Made by a program: the position numbers and the translations under genes
Assembly (NCBI GenBank): GCA_016748015.1
Contig: JAAOMT010000586.1
Location: 372,001-436,000, forward strand
Direction of reading: 5' to 3'
DNA length: 64,000 nucleotides
Origin: Geosiphon pyriformis uo1
Taxonomy: Eukaryota; Fungi; Glomeromycota
In this document: positions 54,795-64,000 of the stretch, piece by piece
How the letters are laid out: every line of letters begins with the position of its first letter
How positions within the stretch are numbered: the first letter of the stretch is position 1
The notes under the pieces: generated by a model
What the model was told of the DNA's origin: nothing
Database searches by the model: none
The model's input: the letters and a program-made list of their open reading frames with translations, nothing else

Positions 54795-57700
54795 GACAGC
54801 AATACTACAGCCAATGGTGATTTTGTAGTTAAGAATAAAGAGTTTGGATTTATCGTACTGAATTGTAAAAAAACTTCTTTCAAAAAAAACTTTGACTCTT
54901 TTTTGGGAATTTGAACAAAGGAGAGAAAGAAGTTTTTTTTATTTAATTAAAATAACTCAAAAAAATTTTCTTTAAGATTTTGTCTAACAAAATTTTTTTG
55001 GTATATAATAAGTTTAATATTTTTCATAATAATAATTTTTTAGTATTAAAAAATATAATGATATAATTTTTTATATTTATAATCAGATTAATAATAGAAA
55101 ATACTTTAAAAAAAATTGTAAACTTTAGTTGGTTTTGTAAGATATATATAAAACATATAATTTTGTGAATTGAAAGCATTTAAAAAATAATTTAAATAGA
55201 ATTAAAATATATAACAGATTTGTTAAATTCTTTGGTAATATTTATAATAATTAAGTTAACCAAATTATGACTGATTTTGACTTAATAAATGGCTATTAAA
55301 TTTATAATAAACTGAATTAAAATGAAATTTTTTTTTTTTGATATATTTTTTATGATTTTTTTTTGTGTAAAGTTAAAAAATAAAAAAGTATATGTAGTTA
55401 TAGAATTGATTTTAAGTTTATTGTTAAAACTAAATGTATTAAAATCCAAATAAACATAATAATATTTTTTATTGTTAGTGTTTTTGTTAATAATATAATT
55501 TGAGTAAATTGTAGTTAAATTGTAATTTAGTATATTTTAGATATTGCAAATTAGATTAATAATATTTTAATTAATAATAATAAAACAGTAACTATTTTTA
55601 TTAATTATAGAATTAGCTTTTTTTTTAATAATTAATAATTTGTTTATTTTAATTACCAAAAAAAAAAAACTTATAAATACTTAAATATTTTTGTGTCTAC
55701 AAATAAGTTGTTAAAACTTAGTTTATTTAAAGCTTATTTAGATATTAGATTTTTTATAAATTGAGTTTTAAGAAAAGTTATAATAAACAAACAATTTTTT
55801 TATTTGGTTTTAATAGTTTTACATCTTATTATTAGTTATAAGATGCAATTCAGTTTTGTTTTAATTAGTGTTTATAATAAATAAAATACTTTGGTTTAAA
55901 AGAACTTAAAATCTAAGACTAAATTGCTTTTGAACTTTTCTAATAATATAATTTATTATTTTTTTTATATAACTTAAAGTTTTTTAAACAGATACAAATT
56001 GAATACAAATTGGTTTCTATCTTAAGTTTTTTAAATACTAGTGATATTATAAACTGGCTATTTGGTTATAAATCTTTAAATTTTTAGATATTAAGTTGGT
56101 TTTTTTGTTATTTTTTGTTTTTTGCAGTTTATTTTTGTGTTAATTCAATTAACAACTTTTTGGCTAATATGATCAAGATCTTTTATGATTATAATTTGTC
56201 TCTAAACAACACTTTGCTTTTAGTATTTTGATTTTTTAAGAGTATTTTAATGTCTTTAATTCTTGGTAATTCTGTTTTTTTTAAGATTTATTACTTAATT
56301 AAATGTTTTAATGTTGTTTTTATCAAGTAACTATATAATAAAAATAATAAAATCTTCAACTAAAAAAGTTTTTAGTATTAAAAATAACTTGATTTTTATG
56401 GTTTAGATCTTTATATAATTTGTATTAGCAGTAATATATTTAAATATTCTAATAGATTAATAAATTTTTTTTTCTTATATAAAAGACATTTAGCTTTTAA
56501 ATATGTTAAGTTTTAATAAAATTTGTCAAGTATATAATAAGTTACTAAAGAATAATTTTTTTTGTTTTTTTATCTATATTAATAGTTCCTTAAAAAATTT
56601 GAATTTAATAAACATAAAAGTTAATACTGTAACAATTTTTGATAATTTAAATTTTAATATTAATATTAAAATTTTTGGTTTAGTATTATCTATTTTAATT
56701 AAGTTACAGACTATTGCATTGACTTTAAAATACATTTTTTTTTGTATAATTATAATATTTTTAAACAGTTAAGTAATTTTAAAAGCTTGTTTTTTGAAGT
56801 TAGTTTTGGTATTGTTTAATTTTTGTAATTATTATTAGATAAAATATTAGTATATTATATATGTAATTAGTAAAAAGAATCTGTTTGTATTTTGGTTCAA
56901 AGTTAAAAGCCATTTTAGTGTTCTTAAAAATGATAAAATAAATGTATTGGCTAATGTTGTATTATTTTTAAATTTATTATTTTTAATTATAATTTAGAAA
57001 ATTTTTTTAAAAACTAATAATATATGTGTATTTAGAAATATAAAATGTTTTATTTGTGAAAATTTTTAAATAATTTATTGTATTTATTGAGAAATCAATT
57101 GTGATATTTGGATTTTAGATTATAATTTAATTAAAAATATAGATTAAGTTAGTTTTTTATTAGTATGATATTTGAATTTTTATATAATAATTAAATATAT
57201 AAGTCAAATTATTATTGGTGTTTATTTTTATTTTATAAAAACTTTGCATTATTAGTTGTTTGTAATTATTTGTAAACATTTGTATAATAAATACTACCAT
57301 AGTATTTTGTGTCTTTTTTGTAATAATATTAAATTTTTCGATTATTTATTTTTATATTTATTGAATTTTATTGTTCATGATATTTTATTGGTTTCTTAGA
57401 CTACTGTATGAAAATTTTTTCTGGTCTGTACAGATCTTTGTTTTATGTGTTTTAATTATTGTTATTATGTTTATTAAATACTGTAATATATACTGTTTTA
57501 TACAAAAATTTTGTTTTTAGGACTTAATATTTAAAAATTTTCTCTGTTTTTGGAAATTTTAAAGTAATTATTAATAAAATTGTGAATTTTGTACATGATT
57601 TGGGCTTGGTACACAAAGATAATATTTGGTTTATCTATTTTAAACATTATGTATTTATAAAAAAACAAAGTTTAATTTTACTAAATAATTTAATATCTTT

Positions 57701-58699
57701 CTTTGTTAACGGTCTTTTAAATATATTATTAAGAGATATAATTAAATTGCTTAATATTATTAAAGCTTTAGATATTAGTTTTAGTACACATATTTTGTGT
57801 TTATTTATTTCTGGTGTTGACTATAGTATTTTTATTTATATAAAAGCTTAGTATTGTTTTGATTAGTTTAAGTAACTAATTATATATGACAAATATATAA
57901 TTTATACTTAGTTTAAATTACCTTTTTTAATATATTATACTAGATAATATTTAGATCTTATTTATTAAATAATATAAAATATATATATAATAGTTAATTA
58001 TATGTAATAAATATATAAATTATACTTAATTTAAAATAATTATATTATATTATATTAAATTAAATAATAATTAAATTATATTTATTAATACAAATATATA
58101 TATAATATAAAATTTATAAAATAATTTATTATAGTTTTAAACATAATTAATAATTTAAATACAAATTTAATAAAAATTAATAAAAACAGTTTTATAAATT
58201 AAAACCAAATAATTTAATATTTAATATTTATAATAATAATATTATTATTAAAAATTTTTGAAAATTCAAAAATAATAATAACACATTTTTATTATTTGTT
58301 AAATTTAAATAATTAAAAATTAAAATATATATTAATTAAATATTAAAAAAATATTATATGCTATAAAACAATAATAATAAAAACAAAAACAAACCAAATT
58401 TTGTAATTTTAAAAAAATTAATAAGTTTAATTTTATTAATATTTAAAAATTTATATAAATAAGCTTAATATTAATAAAATTTATATAATAACTAAAAAAT
58501 AGTTTTTATATAAACAAATTTAATTTTAAAAAATACATTAAACATTAAAATAAAAACTATTTATTTTAAAAGTTTTAATAATTAATAATTATTTTTTAAA
58601 TATTATTAAAATTAATAATACTTTTTTAAAAAATTGATTTTGTTTTGTAGTTTAATTCATAACAAAATTTTTAATTGGTAAACTTTTTATTAATAAAAA

Positions 58700-60500
58700 A
58701 ATTAAACTTAAAGAATTTTGTATTATATTGGTTTAATATTATTGTTAAATATTTTGATAAAAATAATACACATAAGATTTGACTTATTTTTAATTATATT
58801 TTAAATTATTAAAATATTTTTAAGTTAAATAGTTTTTTAGTATTATAAAATTACTGGTTAAAACCAATTTAAAAGAAATTATTATTTACATAAATAGATT
58901 ATTAAAGAAGCTAAATTCAAAAAATATTACTTATAATGTTTTGGTTTTTTTAATAATTTGAATTTAAAATTCATATTTTTTGTTTTGTTTTTTTAACTTT
59001 AATTAAATTATAGACAATTGTTTTGGATTTTGAATATATATTTTTAAATAACAGTGTAATTATTAACTTTAATAACCAAATAATTTTTAATATATATATA
59101 TTACAAAAACTTTTTTATTTTGTTTAATTATCATAATTAATATTAAATTAAAAAAGTTTTTAAATTATGCTAAATAGTATAATTTTATTTTTGTTATCTG
59201 TTTTGTGTATTTTGTTAATATATAAATTAGATAATAACTTATATATTGTTTTGTACAAAAATTTTATATTTAAAAACTAATTAATAAAATTGGTTTCAAT
59301 TTTTTTTTATTAAAATAAGTTTTGTTAAGTTAATTAAATTTGTGAAAAAATTAGTATTGTATTATAAAAATCAAGTTTAATTATATAAATTTAAATACAA
59401 AACAGCTATTAACAAATCAATTTTTATAATTTGTATAAACTGTTATGTAGATTTTTTGATAGAATTTTTTGTTTACTTAACATTAATAATATTATTGTTA
59501 TTAATTTTAAATGTTGATATTTGTATTTATTTTTTCAGATTTAAGTAATTTAATTAATATTATTATAAATCTATAATATAATCTAAACTGGTATTATAAG
59601 TGATTATTTGGGATATTAGAACAAATAATAAACCTATAACTTATTATTTAATAGGTATTAATAATGGTGATTTCTGAAAATTTTGAAGTCTGAAAGTTTT
59701 TGGTTGAATTTTTTGTATAATAAACAGAAATTTAATTAATGATTTTTTTTATGAATTTTTTTTTTAACATAATAGCCAGTTTATTTTAGTAGTTGTATTT
59801 TTTTTGGTAAGCTATTCTTAAATTTCTACCTTTGTTCCCAGGTTTTTTACTAGGCTATTTTTAATGTCAATTACTTAGTACTTAAATTTTTTAATTAATT
59901 AGTAAACAACAAAAAAATAAAACAAAAAAAAACAAAAAAAAATTAGTATCTTATTAATAGTCATAATTAAGAACTATTGGTTTAATATAGTTAAGTATTA
60001 GATTCTATTAACATAAAGTGTTAATAATATAGAAATAATTAATAATTTTTAATTAATTTGATGATAACATGGGTTTGAATAATAATGAATGTTTTATTAA
60101 TATTAATATAATTTCATTTCAAGTTATAAAAAACTATTTTTTAAAAGAAAAAGTATTATTGTTTTGAACTAATCTTTAACTACTGTTTTCTATTTAAATC
60201 TGTTTTTTTTACTTCTAAACTCTTGTTATATATATATAATTCTTGTTATACAAGATTTTATACATTTTTGAGTAATATGTTCTAATTTTCTAATAATGTA
60301 TTTACTTATTAAGTACTATTTTCTTATTGGCTTATTTTTATTATTTGTTTTTTCTATTTTTTTTTTGTACTCTTTTTTTATGAATAATATTGGTTTAAGT
60401 AACTGGTTATATATAGTAAATATATAAATTATATTTAGTTATAAATACTTAATTTATTTATATATACTAAATAATAATTAAATTATACTTAAATAAAATA
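58700..60500 (+). mobile_element. LINE 3'-end relic, interrupted in its 3'UTR by a solo LTR
   Basis: LYKNFIFKN at ~59250 matches the ORF2 tail. The 3'UTR rejoins as tctaaactgg|tttaagtaactggtta across the LTR. Confidence 0.6.
59592..60389 (-). repeat. Solo LTR, family A, decayed
   Basis: Colinear with 2970-3808 at both ends. Flanks ctgg/ttgg form a 4-bp TSD differing by C/T. Confidence 0.78.
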
Positions 60501-61044
60501 AATAATAATAATAATAATTAATTTAATTTAATCTATAAATTATTTAGATATATATATTTAAATACAGTTAAATCATATTTATAAATACATAATATATATT
60601 AAATAATTATTAATAAAAATTATAAATTAATATTTTAATAAATAAATAAGTAAATTTGATAATTAAAACATATTATTAAAATTAAACAATATATAAATTT
60701 ATTACAATTTAACAAATATTCAAACAACAAATTATAATTAAAAAAGTAGAAATTTTAAAAATAATAATAAAAAATCCAAAATGTAAATTAATTAGAAAAT
60801 ATTAATTTAATAAAATACATAAAAAATTTTTAAAACCAAAATTTTAAAATAAATTAAAAAATCATATTTTAGACTAATATATCTTTAAAAACCCAAACAA
60901 TATTCTACCAAGTTTCGTGACTTACTGGGGTCACAGTAATATAAATTGAAGAAATCATAAATTAAATTTGACTGGTAGCCCTCTAGTTGATTAGGCCAAA
61001 ACTTTATAACGTGCCGGAATATTTAATATAGAGCGAAGGGTACA

Positions 61045-63982
61045 ATGAATAATACGTCGCCTACTAGTCACTATGAAAAGGTTTCTTATAGCTTCATATA
61101 AAAATGGGACTCTAAATGAAAACTATTTTATAAAAATTTTTCATTTTTAGAACAAAGCCAATAAAACTTGGTACTTGACTGATCCAAGACTACGGGAAGA
61201 ATTTTTTTTTATGTCAAATGCCCCTGGTGCACAAAATATTAACAATGAAGAAAGCTCTCAACCAACTTTAGACTTGACATCCCCAAAAAAACTCGCTACA
61301 ATTCGTAATAAAAGCTCAAATTCTATTAAAGGGACAACGCAACTAGAGACGGGACTGGTCCTTAAAAGGTCATCGCGTAATTCAGCACGTACGCAACAAC
61401 AGGTACAACTAAAACCGACAACACCCAGAGCGAAACGAAAATATCAAAGAAAAGCTCAAAATAACGCGACAATTTCACCTGACCAACCACTTTTCGATTC
61501 TGTATTATCACCTGACCCGGGAAAAGTCGGTAGCTGTATTACTACCGACAACAATAAAAATGAAGCCAGCGTAATATCTACTCTCACCAAAAAAAAGCCA
61601 CGAAAAGAATATAAACCCATGGACAAAAAGAAACCTCTAGATCTAAATAGAGAAGAGGAAGTGGAAGACTCACCACGCGATGCGTCTTTAGTTGAAGAAG
61701 ATAACGAGCAAGTTATTTCTCCTCGTCGTCCAACTGCCCGTACTTTTTTTGGGAAACATGTAACGGAAGAACCACAAGAAGAACGTCAATTACGTCGTGT
61801 AGGTGGTCAGGAAAGAGGGAAAAATTTGCGTCAAAGAAACGACAGGCCCAAGAACGAAACTCAGAATAAAGAAGAAATGAAAAGTGCTACTACACCAGAA
61901 CTGGAGCTAACACCTGAGGAGATGAATTTCATAGCAGACAGAGAACTTGAGGCCGTTATGGCACCAGAAGAAACAGGTGCAAGCAGTTGAGACTTCTTAT
62001 TAAACCGCTGGTTAATATTTCTAAACTAGAAAAATCAATACATGTCGTATTTTTAGAGACCAACTAACACACTACTCGTTGATTTTGAAACCTTGCCTGT
62101 ATTCTGACAAATTTCCTTCTATTTTCAGTAGCTAGGCCTTTGAGAAGAACACGAAGTCAATATAGCAGCAGAACTGACTCTGTTTACCAAATGACAAAGA
62201 TGGATAAATCAGAAAAATCTTCTGCTCATTCTTCGACTTCCTTTGTCGGGAGAGAAGTTGTTTTCGGTATGTAACGGAGGTAATAAATTTTTTTAAGTAA
62301 GTAAATATAATTGAGCAGTTTTTCATTTTAACTTAAGTGGATCCTCGAGACAAAAATGAAAAGTTTTGGTGGCCAGCTATGGTAAGCAACTTGCTAAATT
62401 AGATCCTGGTTTATACACCATGCCTTAATTTTTTGTTTACTTCAATAGATTGTGCCACATGGAGAGGTAGACGAGTCAATGGGATTCGACGAGTTGGGAC
62501 CTAATGAAGTTATTGTAAAATATTTTGAAGATTGTACATAGTAAGTGCTCTCTTATCGTAATTTCACCGAATGTTTTAGACTTTTTAATCTCTTCCCTAT
62601 TTTGAGATTAATTTTTGATGAATATTTTCAGTTCTGCTGTTCCTTTAAAAGAGATAAAGCGATTTGATGTACATCATGATCCTTTCCTTAAATATAAAAC
62701 GAAATATGGCAAAGAATTTCTTCACCATATCGGCGTTCGAAATGCATGTAATTGTCTGGCAAATGGAGAACCCGATCCAGAATTCAAATGGGATTACTGG
62801 ATGCGACCTGCAGAATTAGTCAATCCTTCAGCCAGAAACGTTTACAACACATTAATCATATCTGATGAAATTGATCTTCCAGTAATGACTCGAAAATCAA
62901 TGCGTGCTAGAAAGGGCAAAGAAGGTGCTGATTACGATATGGATGGTATTAGTGAAGCTAAACCCCTGAGATCCCGGAAAAAAGTGGTTGCACCAAGAAA
63001 AATTGGCTCCTCAGTTTTAATGATTCTTGATGAGGAAGTTAAAGTGGAGGCTGAAGAAGTAATTCTCAAATCCACAAAACATCCTCGAAAAGCAAATTCA
63101 AGAAAACAAAGTATTTCATCTAATAAGTCTACCGAATTATTCCCTGAATTCTTGTCCGAGACAATTTATGAAAAATCATCTTTGGAAGATGTTTCCCTCA
63201 AAAAGAAAACACTGGTATCGCAGCGGCATGTATTTCCACAATCATCTGAAGAAATTGATGAATCGGTTGTTGATATTGAAGGGATCTCACCTGTTGATAC
63301 TGGAAATCCTGTGTTAGAAAAATCCTTTTCAACTAAAAAGCAAACTGGTAAAAGACCACGGGAACTTTTTTCTGATCAATCTAACGACGAGGGATCACAA
63401 GTTAGGAAGGCGCCCAATCTTCGAAAAGGCAAAACATTCAAAAAGTCGCGTTCAAAAAAACAGAACATAAGTGTGGAATCATATACTTCTCCACGCATTG
63501 AAGATTCAGAGATGCTTTCTAGAACTAGCAAAGTAAATGATGTCCCTGCACGTAAGCCCAAAATGGGAACAAAAAGATTGCGCACACCCGAGCCACATAT
63601 CCTAACATATAATGAGCTTTCAGAGATTTCTAGACGCAACATCGATCGTTTTGATTTTGCAGACCTTGCGCCAGAAGAAAAAGAACCATTATATCAACAA
63701 GGCTTTAAATCTCTTGATTTATTAGGACAACGATATCGTCAGATTGTAAAGACAAAGGAAGAACTGGAAAAGAAACTAAACAAGAAAAAAGCTGATAAGC
63801 GAAGATCTCAAAAATTACAAGAAAGGGCTAATCAAAATAAACCCTCAAACCCTCTCGATAAAGAGCAGGAAGAAATATCACCCGAGGAGGACTCTGACCG
63901 ACATTATGAAGATGAAGAGCAAGAAGATGTCAAAATTAAAGAGGATGGAGAAGAGGAAAAAGCGTGCTCGGGTATCAATTAA
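61045..63982 (+). CDS. PWWP-domain chromatin protein; predicted exons 61045-61080, 61151-61976, 62129-62266, 62338-62381, 62449-62540, 62632-63982 (may continue past the window)
   Basis: Phase-consistent GT-AG introns give FVGREVVFVDPRDKNEKFWWPAMIVPH...VIVKYFEDCTYSAV. The domain is flanked by long basic/acidic low-complexity regions. Confidence 0.8.
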
Positions 63983-64000
63983 TGCACCCCAACAATGGGG

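Larger units (their letters stand above)
48205..54933 (-). mobile_element. Full-length LINE, moderately decayed
   Basis: Same 5' end (AACTTCTTTCTCTC) and 3'UTR as 9568-16339. ORF1 54794->53002; ORF2 fragments with EN, RT (FVDD), RH and CCHC. Confidence 0.93.
46400..57970 (+). mobile_element. Old AT-decayed LINE on + strand (46400-48204 and 54941-57970), split by a younger antisense LINE
   Basis: EN relic (ORF 46910..47125), NKL*KYCDKVVLNML at ~48150, LIKITQK at 54943, RH relic (56503..56772), ORF2 tail (57582..57851) and 3'UTR relic. Confidence 0.82.

Overview
Eukaryotic, very AT-rich fungal DNA. The intron style and the transposon proteins suggest Glomeromycotina/Mucoromycota, resembling Geosiphon-type repeats; this taxonomy is my inference. 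About 90% of the window is nested retrotransposons in different stages of C->T/G->A decay. There are two Ty3/Gypsy families: one complete 9.9-kb dUTPase-carrying element, two partial copies and two solo LTRs. There is also a family of APE-RT-RNaseH LINEs (one near-intact, one moderately decayed, several relics) and an ORF1-only non-autonomous LINE derivative (HAL1-like) split by the complete Gypsy. Two host genes sit in CpG-retaining islands: a 7-exon Wee1/Swe1-family kinase (42799-44993) and a spliced PWWP-domain protein (61045-63982). The most interesting signals are: (1) a RIP-like, repeat-restricted C->T hypermutation that includes non-CpG sites; (2) an ORF1-only retroposon sharing a structured 3'UTR with the autonomous LINEs; (3) a Gypsy architecture with Cys-rich and dUTPase inserts, an integrase apparently encoded as a separate ORF, and a conserved extra 3' ORF. 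All alignments were done by eye, and boundaries of degraded relics are approximate.
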